Shown here one piece after another: positions 8,850-20,500 of a stretch of DNA of 60,151 bases (within the stretch, counting starts at the first letter, position 1; each line of letters begins with the position of its first letter). The DNA comes from an uncultured virus (IMG/VR IMGVR_UViG_3300037634_004692). Lineage: Duplodnaviria > Heunggongvirae > Uroviricota > Caudoviricetes. The notes below the pieces were generated by a model. That model did no database searches. It was not told the origin of the DNA and saw only the letters and a list, made by a program, of their open reading frames with translations. Location of the stretch: the IMG/VR virus record IMGVR_UViG_3300037634_004692. The stretch is one strand, 5' to 3'. Both the position numbers and the translations under genes were made by a program.

Positions 8850-10769
8850 TTATACCTCCATGAATGCCCAGCCAGTGGCTGAGTTATGATATACAACCTG
8901 GAAGGCTGCTCGGTTAACATTGATAATCAAATTACCAGCGTTACCTTGAATTTTTTCACCATTACCATTTACAGTAATGTTATTTGTTGCTGCTTGACCT
9001 AACGCATCAACGAACATAATTTCTGTGCCCATTGTTGGATTTGCTGGCAATGTGATAGTTAATGCACCTACTGATGTATCAACTAGGTTCTTGGAATTAG
9101 CAGCGACGGTCGTGCTAGTAGTAACTTCGCCCCATGATGGAATGCTCGATGCAATTTGTGTATCAACGTATGTAATATCAGCTTTTGTAGACATATCGAT
9201 ATTTGCAATTTGTGCATCAACGTATGTAATATCAGCTTTTGTAGACATATCGATATTTGCAATTTGTGCATCAACGTATGTAGTATCTGCTGAATCTAAA
9301 TTTAAATCTAATTTCAAATTAGTAGTCGATAATGCAGTTCCTATTAATCTAGAATCTGATAATTTATCTGTTGAAATTACACCAGTTTCTTGGACGTAAT
9401 ATATTTCACCTGGAATTAACGATGTTTGTGATTTATCAACACCTCCAGATAATTTAACCTCTATTGTCTCACCCGCTAATGCAGTTACTTGCGCTACACC
9501 TACAACTTTGTGTTTGTTGTACACTACACCAGGAACCTCATATCCAAGTTGCATTTGTTTCAATGCACCCCCCGATGTAATAGTGCTTACCCCAGTAGCG
9601 CTCATTGTCAAATTACATTCAGAATAGTAATTAGTTGGTAAATAGACCGATGATATTAACGTCACTGTGTCTGCGCTGTCTATTTTACGCAAAATGCTGG
9701 AATACCATACGTATACATCGTTGCTAGTTGTCGCCATAGCAACTCTAGTTGCGTTGCCGCCCTGAATTGAATGACTATTCCTTGCTATCTCTGTATTATT
9801 ACTTAACTGTCCCGTGTCGCTTATAGTACACTTTCTGATTACAGTCGCGTCCGTAGGATCATATGACGTATATGCATAGTACATCACCGTGTTATCAGTC
9901 GGACTCATGATAACTGCTTTGGCACCACCATGCGTATATTCTTCGGGCAATACGTTCACTTGCGCATTTACCTGGTCAGCACTTGTGACTATTATATGTT
10001 GCTTGTCATATTTGTGTGTGTATATCAGAAATTGTCCCGTTTTATGAGGATTAGACGCCACACTTATACCATCTGATTCATAACTGCTGGTCAGTGACGA
10101 ATGCGATCTTACAAGATTTATTGTGTTTTCAACTATACTATAATGATTCGTGTATACTTTGTTATGTTTAGAATAAACTGTGATGAATTTATTCATGTCA
10201 GTGCTATCTAATTCCATAGTTAATTCTTCGACTCCGTCTGAGTAAGCCGTATCAATGATCTCAGTGTAAGATACTGAAATAACATCGGAGGCTGACAGTG
10301 AACATAAATGTACTCGACATTTCCATCCACTGGACGGTGCTGATTCACCCTTTGCTCTGATTACTAAAAATTTATCTCTGCTTATAAACTTTACTTTGAC
10401 ACCATATCTAATTTCGTAATTATCTATTTTTTGCACTGTCCCATATGTTACATTGCCAGTCTCATCAATATTACCTATCACTAAGTTTATGCCTTCTTGG
10501 GGTCCTTGGGCATCGCCATATGCAAGAATGAATCGATTACTATTTGTTGGGTCTATATCAATCGATGATGCTACATTGCTTGTACCTGGTGTCGACAGGT
10601 CAGACATTGTATTAAGATCTTCTGCTACGATGCGTTGAATTCCTGAAATAGTTCCATCCTGTGCTAATTGTACGATGGAGCCAGCAGTTATATCACTAGA
10701 TAGTACAAATTTTTCTGTGACTGTCTGTGCTGTTTCTGTATATCTTATATTTGTATAATTTCTTGTCAT
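8850..10769 (-). CDS. Linker fibre protein, cassette B (639 aa): NIRY peptide, one propeller module, 18-aa repeats, gp9/gp10-like C-terminal domain
   Basis: MTRNYTNIRY start; 54-bp repeats at 9151-9290; ends RAAFQVVYHNSATGWAFMEV. Confidence 0.75.
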   Translation of the reverse strand: MTRNYTNIRYTETAQTVTEKFVLSSDITAGSIVQLAQDGTISGIQRIVAEDLNTMSDLSTPGTSNVASSIDIDPTNSNRFILAYGDAQGPQEGINLVIGNIDETGNVTYGTVQKIDNYEIRYGVKVKFISRDKFLVIRAKGESAPSSGWKCRVHLCSLSASDVISVSYTEIIDTAYSDGVEELTMELDSTDMNKFITVYSKHNKVYTNHYSIVENTINLVRSHSSLTSSYESDGISVASNPHKTGQFLIYTHKYDKQHIIVTSADQVNAQVNVLPEEYTHGGAKAVIMSPTDNTVMYYAYTSYDPTDATVIRKCTISDTGQLSNNTEIARNSHSIQGGNATRVAMATTSNDVYVWYSSILRKIDSADTVTLISSVYLPTNYYSECNLTMSATGVSTITSGGALKQMQLGYEVPGVVYNKHKVVGVAQVTALAGETIEVKLSGGVDKSQTSLIPGEIYYVQETGVISTDKLSDSRLIGTALSTTNLKLDLNLDSADTTYVDAQIANIDMSTKADITYVDAQIANIDMSTKADITYVDTQIASSIPSWGEVTTSTTVAANSKNLVDTSVGALTITLPANPTMGTEIMFVDALGQAATNNITVNGNGEKIQGNAGNLIINVNRAAFQVVYHNSATGWAFMEV

Positions 10770-10770
10770 T

Positions 10771-11208
10771 TTAAATCTCCGTTAATAACCAGCCATTGGC
10801 TTGGTTGTAATATACTATCGCGAATGCCGCTCGATCAGCTGATATTAATATATTGTCTGCCTCGCCTTGGATATTATCGCTACTAGTTAATGTGATATTA
10901 TTAGTCGATGCATTGCCATCGCCGTCAATTATTCTAACTTCGTCGCCGAACGACGGACTTAATGGTAATGTAACAGTAATAGCTGAACTAGTGGTGTCAA
11001 TAACATACTTTGTATTAGCAGACAATGTAGTATTTGTTGTCACTGTGTTCCAACTTGGAGCACCGTTTGCTACTGCGTCGTCTACATATGCTTTAGTTAC
11101 TGCGTGGGTGCCTTCGGTCGGAGTACTATTAACATTCAAGTTGCCTTCGATTATCGAATCTCCATTTGATTTAAATCCAGCATCTATTATAAATTTCTTT
11201 TGTGCCAT
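10771..11208 (-). CDS. Anchor/adaptor protein, cassette B (145 aa)
   Basis: Start moved to the MAQKKF ATG at 11208; paralogue of 5063..5500. Confidence 0.8.
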   Translation of the reverse strand: MAQKKFIIDAGFKSNGDSIIEGNLNVNSTPTEGTHAVTKAYVDDAVANGAPSWNTVTTNTTLSANTKYVIDTTSSAITVTLPLSPSFGDEVRIIDGDGNASTNNITLTSSDNIQGEADNILISADRAAFAIVYYNQANGWLLTEI

Positions 11209-11348
11209 ATTATTTTGTTTCCTATGTATCAAACGCATACTAGTGTAAACGCTTATATAAAATTATTTATGTTGATTTCAGCCCAAATTAACAGCTAGCA
11301 TATGATAGTAATTAGCAGATACAAAAAAGCCCCAATTAAGGGGCTTTT
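11209..11348 (-). promoter_or_regulatory. Conserved cassette junction, copy 3 (terminator 11322-11348)
   Basis: Same sequence as 1792-1932 and 5501-5638. Confidence 0.8.
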
Positions 11349-11386
11349 GTATTCTTGAGCTAAATTAAGCTAACTTACTGTACTAC

Positions 11387-14300
11387 TTAAAGATGTTTAA
11401 GTAATATTGCTGTTGGACTTAATGCCATACCAACTTCAGCACTTGTAGCAGTTGGAGTAGTTGATAATGAACCATCGTCTAATACATGATAAGTTTCACC
11501 AGGTGTTAAACCAACTTGGTTAGTAGAAATACCACCTTTTAGCGTAACAATTGCATCCTCACCGTCTGCATATGTACTTGTAGACATACCAATAAACTTA
11601 TCAGCATCCATGGTTGTTGATGTTATTTGTTGATCAACACCAACTACAACCGCAGTACCATAATCGTTATTACCACCATCGGCAAATGCAACTACCATCT
11701 GGCCACTTGTATTTGGGTCATGCGCCACTGCCGTACGAGATACATTAGTGCTAATAACAACTTCATCACCAAATGTTATGGTTGTACCAGAATATGTACC
11801 TGGACGCATTACTGCTTCACCACTTGCATTTACATAGTTAACAACACACTTATCAGAACCATCACCTTCAAATTCGAATTTAATGTCTGTAACGGCGCCT
11901 GCATTAAATACTGACTTCGTTGAACCAACCCCAACCTGATTATTTGATAATGTTTCACCTATAATCCAGCTACCATGATTAGAGTTTCCGTCATCTGAGA
12001 AACAAACTACAAACTTATCATCATTATCTGGGAAAAAGGCCATTGATGAATATTTTGCGTTTGCATTGTTATATTCAACCATGTTTTGATTAAACGAAGG
12101 TGCATTGGTATTCGTCATACCTACGATAACCTTTGGATTGCCATACCCACCACCATCAGTTGTATAAGCAATTACAATCCTATCAGCTACATTTGGATCA
12201 AATGCAGCACTCACATGATGTATACCGCAATGGTACCAAGATGTGTTAACTGGTATATTACCATGTTGTCCTACAGTGACGTTATGTGCTCCGTCCATTG
12301 TACATTTATATATTTTACCATAACCTGAAGATGTTATAACAAAATGTTCTCCATTGCCATTGTTTGTATATGGGTTAAAGATTACCACGTTAAATTTGCA
12401 AGGCTGGCTTCTTATTGTAGCTGTAGTCGTTCCAAGTGTAATTGATGAACCTGTAACTTTACCACCACGTGAATAACCAGCAATAGAAGCGCAGTTCCAT
12501 GCAATCACGAATTGACCTGCAGAATACGGATTAAACGCTATGGAAATGTGTCCTGATGTACCATTATACACCAGCTCTTCTGAGCCAAATGTGATGTCGG
12601 TACCTGATACAGTACCAGCCACAACATACAAATATCCCTGACTAGATACTTTAGTGTACGCAAGTATAAAATTGTTAGGATTATTTGGATCAAATTCAAT
12701 AGCTTGATAGTCGCCTTCACTATACCATACAGTCTCGCTAACACCGTCAGTTGAGCGGTAAACAAATTCGCTACCTGCACCAGTAAAGTTTGTTGTAGTC
12801 TCTGACACAGCCTCTACGGTACCGTCACTCTTAAGCATAACAGCGATACCATTAGGCAGCGTACCACTTGCGACAAACTCATGATCTGATGAACTTGATG
12901 AGCCACTAGTATCGATTTGTAGATCAGTACTGCTTAAAGCCTTGCCTAGTTTGACACTGCCATCATCAGCAATATTTGATAATGTACCATCACTTTTAAC
13001 GTGATATTCCAGTCCTGCTGTTAATCCCGCTTGCTTAGTAGATACACCATCTGTTACCACTTGACCAGACATCCCATTTGATATTGCTGTTTCAGCAAAA
13101 CCAATGAAGTTGTCAGCAGTAAGGTTGGTAGTTCCATCTCTGCCATCTTCATAACTTACTGCTGCTTGGCCAATCATCGCTAAACCTTCATTGTCGCCCT
13201 TTCCGTCGTAGCCAACCCATAAAAACTTATTGGCTGCATTAGGAAAAAACTTAATATCGCTTTCGCGTATATCGTATTCATCATTGAGATAAGTTGGTTG
13301 CGCACCAGTGGATTGCACAGGGTTAAGCGACAATTCTTCCTGCCAGGTAATTACGCCCCCAGCAGCTTGGCCAACATGCGCTTTCACATCGTCTCCGTCT
13401 CTACCAACAATCATAAATTGCCCTGGTACATTAGGATCAGTAGCTATATCAAAGTCAGTTGGCCCATTGCCAAACTGATACGAATCTGAAAATGTTAAAT
13501 CGTCACCATTGACTATGTTGCCTATAATTGCCTCACCATCGCCATAACTACTACTGCCACTTATTCTGTTTTTATAACAAACATAGAACTGACCAGCAAT
13601 GCTAGGGTCAAACGCCGCTAGCATATATTGAACAGTGTTGCCGGTATTTTGTATACGGGTAACAAATTTAGTTTCTGTACCAAAACTAATACTTGTTCCA
13701 GATATTGTGCCGACTATTGCAGTAGCTTCGTTGTTCCCTGGGGGATTCGCATAAGTTCCTTTATCCTCATATATAATTACAAATTTATTAGGAGTATTAG
13801 GATCAACAAGTAAAGAAACATAATCAGCGGTATACTGATTAAAATTATATTCTGATCCAAAACTAACTGATGAACCAGATATAGTACCTACTTTGACCTT
13901 GCCATAAGACGATTCTGCATAACAAACCACAAACTTATTAGCTTCACCTGGAAGAAATTTCAGGCCCATCGTGCCATCCCAGCTTGATAACATTGCTGAA
14001 CTGCTAATTTCGATCGCATCACTAAGACTTACACTAGTACCTGATAACGTGCCTATCTTCATGTATGGCCTATCATATTGTAAGTCATTAAAATACGAAA
14101 TTATAAATTGCCCTGGTGTTTCTGCATCAAAATCGATATCTACGTTCATTGCCATGTCAGTAGTTACTGTAGTTGTATCACTCCAAGTAATAATATCATT
14201 AGATATTTGACCAACTTTACAATATACCCTACTATTGTGTGATTCCCAAACCAATAAAAACGTATCTGGGTTATTTGGATCAAATGCTATTTGATTCCGT

Positions 14301-14542
14301 AATGGTGCTGACCCACCGTCCATCCATTCTGAAACACTGGAGGTCAGCGACGCTGATATAGCGCCGCCACCTACTGCCTGAATCTTGCCTTCTGCTGTAA
14401 GGATAACCGGTGAACCTTGCGCTATTGCACCTTCTGCAATAAACGAACTTAAACCGGTACCAACAGCATCAACAACTGTTTGCAGTGGTGCTGAACCAGT
14501 AACACCTTTGTATCTTATTTCATCATAATTTATGTTACTCAT
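11387..14542 (-). CDS. Terminal fibre/receptor-binding protein, cassette A (1051 aa), two propeller modules
   Basis: MSNINYDEIRY start; FDPN repeats; SDHEFVASGTLPNG module boundary shared with the giant protein. Confidence 0.75.
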   Translation of the reverse strand: MSNINYDEIRYKGVTGSAPLQTVVDAVGTGLSSFIAEGAIAQGSPVILTAEGKIQAVGGGAISASLTSSVSEWMDGGSAPLRNQIAFDPNNPDTFLLVWESHNSRVYCKVGQISNDIITWSDTTTVTTDMAMNVDIDFDAETPGQFIISYFNDLQYDRPYMKIGTLSGTSVSLSDAIEISSSAMLSSWDGTMGLKFLPGEANKFVVCYAESSYGKVKVGTISGSSVSFGSEYNFNQYTADYVSLLVDPNTPNKFVIIYEDKGTYANPPGNNEATAIVGTISGTSISFGTETKFVTRIQNTGNTVQYMLAAFDPSIAGQFYVCYKNRISGSSSYGDGEAIIGNIVNGDDLTFSDSYQFGNGPTDFDIATDPNVPGQFMIVGRDGDDVKAHVGQAAGGVITWQEELSLNPVQSTGAQPTYLNDEYDIRESDIKFFPNAANKFLWVGYDGKGDNEGLAMIGQAAVSYEDGRDGTTNLTADNFIGFAETAISNGMSGQVVTDGVSTKQAGLTAGLEYHVKSDGTLSNIADDGSVKLGKALSSTDLQIDTSGSSSSSDHEFVASGTLPNGIAVMLKSDGTVEAVSETTTNFTGAGSEFVYRSTDGVSETVWYSEGDYQAIEFDPNNPNNFILAYTKVSSQGYLYVVAGTVSGTDITFGSEELVYNGTSGHISIAFNPYSAGQFVIAWNCASIAGYSRGGKVTGSSITLGTTTATIRSQPCKFNVVIFNPYTNNGNGEHFVITSSGYGKIYKCTMDGAHNVTVGQHGNIPVNTSWYHCGIHHVSAAFDPNVADRIVIAYTTDGGGYGNPKVIVGMTNTNAPSFNQNMVEYNNANAKYSSMAFFPDNDDKFVVCFSDDGNSNHGSWIIGETLSNNQVGVGSTKSVFNAGAVTDIKFEFEGDGSDKCVVNYVNASGEAVMRPGTYSGTTITFGDEVVISTNVSRTAVAHDPNTSGQMVVAFADGGNNDYGTAVVVGVDQQITSTTMDADKFIGMSTSTYADGEDAIVTLKGGISTNQVGLTPGETYHVLDDGSLSTTPTATSAEVGMALSPTAILLKHL

Positions 14543-14545
14543 TGT

Positions 14546-17500
14546 TTATACCTCCATTAGCACCCAGCCATTTGCAACGTTGTGATACACAACTTGGAAA
14601 GCAGCTCGGTTAACATTAATTAATAAATCACCAGTTTCGCCCTGGATTTTTTCACCGTTAGAATCAACAGTGATATTATTTGTTGCAGCATATCCACTTG
14701 CATCGATAAACGTTACTTCGTCACCTAATGTTGGATTAGCTGGTAAAGTGATAGTAATTGAACCAACTGATGTATCAACTAAATTCCTTGAATTAGCTGT
14801 AACTGTAGTTGATGTTGTAATTTCACTCCAAGTTGGTGCATGAGCAGCTACTGCGGTATCTACATAACTAGTTGTTGCTTTTGTTGCCATTGTAGTTGCT
14901 ACTGATGCTGCGTAGTTAGCATCATCACCAAGTGCTGCTGCTAGCTCATTAAGAGTATCTAGTGCGCCAGGTGCTGAGTCAACCAATGCTGCTACTTTAG
15001 CATCTACTTCTGCTGATGTATCATAACCTGATAAGTCAACTGCTGCTACTTTAGCATCTACTTCTGCTGATGTATCATAACCTGATAAGTCAACTGCTGC
15101 TACTTTAGCATCTACTTCTGCTGATGTATCATAACCTGATAAGTCAACTGCTGCTACTTTAGCATCTACTTCTGCTGATGTATCATAACCTGATAAGTCA
15201 ACTGCATAATTATTATCTATTTGTAGATCAGTACTGCTTAATGCCTTACCAATTCTAACAGATGTAGCAGTTGAAGTAGTTGATAATGTACCATCACCTT
15301 TAACGTGATAAATTTCACCAGCCGTTAGTCCTGTTAATCCACTTGCTAAGCCGTTAGTAACAACCGTTACATTTTCACCTACGCTTGCTGCATTGGTTAC
15401 AATGCCCAATATTGCAGTAGAATCCAAATTACTTGCTCCTGGTCCACCCCATGTATTCACAGTAAGTGATACTGGCTGATATGAACCACCAGACCACCAT
15501 TTCCAGCTTATGAATATAAATTTACCTGAGCCAAGTTGTAATCCCCACTTCCACCCGTTTGGCGCCGGATCAACAGTTTCTATTACTACTGGTACATTGC
15601 CTTCGATAGATAAGGTATGATAATATCCATTTTCTATAACTATTACTTCGTTTGTATCATTAGGATTAAAGAATATACGGTCATTTTGCATATCAGTCTG
15701 GTAATCACCATTGGCCTGATAAGTTACTGGTGCCGACATTGTGACAGTTGTCCCTGATATTTGACCAACCGACATATCTATCTTTTGATAATCTGTTGTA
15801 CCTTGAGTACAAACCACAAACGTATCACTTGTTCCAGATTTGAATTTAATATTGGTCAATCGTACATATCCGCCCATGGTCTCAGCCCCGAAATTAGTAC
15901 TTGCACCAAGCGAAATGCTATCGCCAGTGGCTGATATTTCACCAACATATGTTATCGCCTGGGCATTGACTACACCAGCAACCGCAATAAATTTCAAGCC
16001 GTCATTAGGGAAAAAATCAAACCAACACTCAACCGCATTGCCACTTGAACTGGCTCGGTTTGAAGCTGTAGCTTTTGTGACAAACGTAGTATTACTTGTT
16101 AGTTCGATTAATTCGAATTCTGTCGCATCACGTCTTGTCAGTAGTATATGATTTGGTAATCCAGGAACAAATGCCATATCACCAAATTGCCAACCACTAC
16201 CTAAATTCATTGTGCTATTAGATGTAACGGTATCAACGCCGCTAACTTCGCATATTATTAATGAATTAACAGGCGGATTCGAACATGTTCTGATTGCAAT
16301 TCGGTCACTAGTCCCACACCATGACACCTGTGGTCTGATGCTGTGAAGGGATTGATCATGTGGTGAATATGTAGTTGGAGTTCCGTATGTGATATTGTTA
16401 CTACTATCAACATTACCAATAACTATTTTACTTTCATTATTCGACCCAGTCATGTTGGAGCTTGCTTCGTAAACAATCGCGAAACGATTTGGGTTATTTG
16501 GATCAACTGCCGTACCTATTAAGTATTCATAGCCCGTGCCATAGTTACCAACCCATTGGTCTGGTAATTCAGCGAATGTGTTCGTACCAATTGAATTAGG
16601 TATTGGTGTTGATTCAATTAGCTCAATACCACCTTCTGATGTGTATTGAACTGGCATACCAACTGTCATAGTGTCTGGCGCTGTAAATGTTTCGCTATAA
16701 CCACCTGAGGCATTAGCTACTTTAGCATCTACTTCTGCTGATGTATCATAACCTGATAAGTCAACTGCTGCTACTGCGTCATCTACATAACCAGTTGTTG
16801 CTTTTGTTGCCATTGTAGTTGCTACTGATGCTGCATAATCTGCATCATCACCAAGTGCTGCTGCTAGCTCATTAAGAGTATCTAGTGCGCCAGGTGCTGA
16901 GTCAACCAATGCTGCTACTTTAGCATCTACTTCTGCTGATGTATCATAGTTTGAGAAATCAACTGCTGCTACTTTAGCATCTACTTCTGCTGATGTATCA
17001 TAACCTGATAAGTCAACTGCTCGTTTAGTATCTATTTGTAGATCAGTACTGCTTAATGCCTTACCAACTTCAGTACTTGTAGCAGTTGAAGTAGTTGATA
17101 ATGAACCATCGTCTAATACGTGATAAATTTCACCAACTGTTAGTCCTGATTGGTTAGTAGAAATACCACCATCTAGTGTAATAGTTGCTGTTTCTCCGTC
17201 TACATATGCACTTGTAGATACACCAATAAAGTTATCTGAAGTAAGTTTGGTGTTTGACTGAATAATCGCCGCAAGTTGCCCAACAAACGCTGTGCCGTAA
17301 TTGGAATTACCACCATCCGCATAACAAACAACAAACTTGCCAGCATTATTAGGGTCAAAGGTTACCAAGTTATTATCACTAGCGGCTGCGTTAAATAAAA
17401 TCTCAGAATCAAAGCTAATACTCGTACCTGAAACAGTACCTACACGAGCTGTACCGTAACTGCTATTACCCGCATCCCGATAACAAACTACAAGCTTGCT

Positions 17501-20500
17501 ACTATCATTAGGGTCAAAGGCTACTGATATGTAGTAAGCAGTTCCTGAGTTGAATACATTTTGAGGACCAAAGCTGATCGTCGTACCATATATGGTACCT
17601 ACAGACATCTTGCCGCAATAACCATTACTAGTGTCTGCAAAACAAACAACGAATTTACCAGCCGTGTTCGGGTCAAAGACTACAGATATGTAGGCGGTAC
17701 CCCCATAGTTAAATACAACCTCAGAACCAAAGCTAATACTTGTACCACTTACAGTACCAACATAAGCTTTGCCGTGAGCGGAAGTCGTTTCCGCAGAACA
17801 AACAACGAATTTACCAGCCGTGTTCGGGTCAAAGGCTACTGACATTCCGAAGTTTCTCGCTGAATTAAATATAACCTCAGAGCCGAAACTAATACTCGTA
17901 CCACTCACCGTACCAACAATAGCTGTATTGTAGTTTGAATTATCACTATCGTTATAACAAACAACGAACTTGCCACTATCATTAGGGTCAAAGGATGCTG
18001 AGATGTAGTTGGTAACCCCTGAGTTGAATACAACCTCTGAGCCAAAGCTAATACTTGTACCAGATACAGTACCAACAATCGCTTTACCGCTATAGTTATT
18101 ATCGTTATAACAAACAACGAATTTACCAGCCGTGTTCGGGTCAAAGGCTACTGACATGCTGTAAGTACCCGCTACGTTAAATACAACCTCAGAACCAAAG
18201 CTAATGTTTGTTCCAGAGACAGTACCAACACAAGCTGTACCGTAAGCGGAATTACCACCATCCATATAACAAACCACAAACTGACCAGCCGTGTTCGGGT
18301 CAAAGGCTGCTGACATGTAGTCGGAATTCCCTGAGTTAAATACAGTCTCAGAACCAGCAGGAATACTCTCAGCGTAAATCGTTTGAGTACCACCAGCAAA
18401 GCTAATAGTACCGTCTATATTAAGAACAACCGGTGCTCCGTCAGGCAGCGTACCACTTGCGACAAAATCATGATCTGATGAACTTGATGAGCCACTTGAG
18501 GCGTTAGCTACTTTAGCATCTACTTCTGTTGATGTATCATAGTTTGAGAAATCAACTGCTGCTACTGCGTCATCTACATAACCAGTTGTTGCTTTTGTTG
18601 CCATTGTAGTTGCTACTGATGCTGCATAATCTGCATCATCACCAAGTGCTGCTGCTAGCTCATTTAATGTATCTAGTGCGCCTGGTGCTGAGTCAACTAA
18701 TGCTGCTACTTTAGCATCTACTTCTGCTGATGTATCATAGTTTGAGAAATCAACTGCTGCTACTTTAGCATCTACTTCTGCTGATGTATCATAACTTGAT
18801 AAGTCAACTGCTGCTACTTTAGCATCTACTTCTGCTGATGTATCATAACTTGATAAGTCAACTGCTCGTTTAGTATCTATTTGTAGATCAGTACTGCTTA
18901 ATGCCTTACCAACTTCTGAACTTGTAGCAGTTGAAGTAGTTGATAATGTACCATCATCTAATACGTGATAAGTTGAACCAACTGTTAGTCCTGATTGGTT
19001 AGTAGAAATACCACCATCTAGTGTAATAGTTGCTGTTTCTCCGTCTGCATATGCACTTGTAGATACACCAATAAAGTTATCTGCATCTAAGTTGGATTCA
19101 GGCGAACCTGCTCCACCAAATTCAAGCACGATTGCCTTGTATGTTGACTCGTAATACACTAATGCGATTTGAGTAGTCGTTAAAGGAACTGCCCACATAG
19201 ACGTCGCAGTTGTAATACTTCCTATAGTTGTTTCAGCGTCCATTACAATAGCATTATTTGTAATAGTACATTTTCTATAACGCACCTTGCCTGTGCCATC
19301 AGTATTTGCATAATACATCATAGAGAATGTATTAATGTTACTTGCATCCTCTGAGAATACAATGTTAAACAAGGATCCGCTGTTACCGCCAGTAACAGTT
19401 ACTTTGTTATCAACAGTTATAGTTGTACCACTCACAGAACATAACACAGCATATGAATACATGCTACTACCACCATATGTGTGCCAACCTTTACCAGCTA
19501 TAACAAATCTATCTGCTACTTGCGGGTCAAATTCAATTGCTGACGCATGCATTAGATAAGGTTCATATTGAATAAATGTTCCAACAGACATAGATGACCC
19601 AGAACGATTTACGATCACAACTCTTGACTTGGTCGAAGATGATACCCAACAAATAGCCATTCTGCCAGCAGTATGCGGATCAAATGCTATGTGTAGGTCT
19701 TGGCAATTATCAGAATCAAATATGAATGGAGTACCAATAGTCACTGTAGTACCAGAAATATTACATGGTATCACATAACCATTTGGATAATCGGAATACA
19801 TAAGAACAAATTCACCCGGTGTATTCGGATCGAATTTGATCTGTGTCATTTGGTTCGTATTTGCCACCGTAGTTGTCGATTCAATAGAAACTGTTGAACC
19901 CGTAATTTGACACACTGAAACCTTAGGATAATAATTATCATTTTGATCGTACCACGTAACAAGGAACTGTCCAGGAACATTAGGATTGAACGCGATATTA
20001 TGGTCACCGCCACCGCTTCCAAGTAATACCGAATCACCCCAAGTGATTGCTCCTGAAGCATCTGTTGTTCCTGTTCTTAGATGTATTTCTGGATAATTAG
20101 ATCCCATATATACTTGAGCAAATAAATTATCTGTGCTTGGATCACCTGCCAAACCGGCGTTTGTATTACCACTAGATGTAGTAGTAGAATCTACAATTGA
20201 TCCCAATGGTATCGCAGCAGCGATAGTAACACCTGTAGGAACCTCACCAACAGCTTCTATCGTACCGTCTGCTTTAAGAACAACCGGTGCTCCGTTAGGT
20301 AGTGTACCACTTGCGACAAAATCATGATCTGATGAGCCACCTGAGGCATTAGCTACTTTAGCATCTACTTCTGCTGATGTATCATAACCTGATAAGTCAA
20401 CTGCTGCTACTGCGTCATCTACATAACCAGTTGTTGCTTTTGTTGCCATTGTAGTTGCTACTGATGCTGCATAATCTGCATCATCACCAAGTGCTGCTGC

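Noticed and set aside
14986..15205. CRISPR-like repeat array
   Set aside because: Repeats are contiguous, in-frame 54-bp coding units without unique spacers; no cas genes
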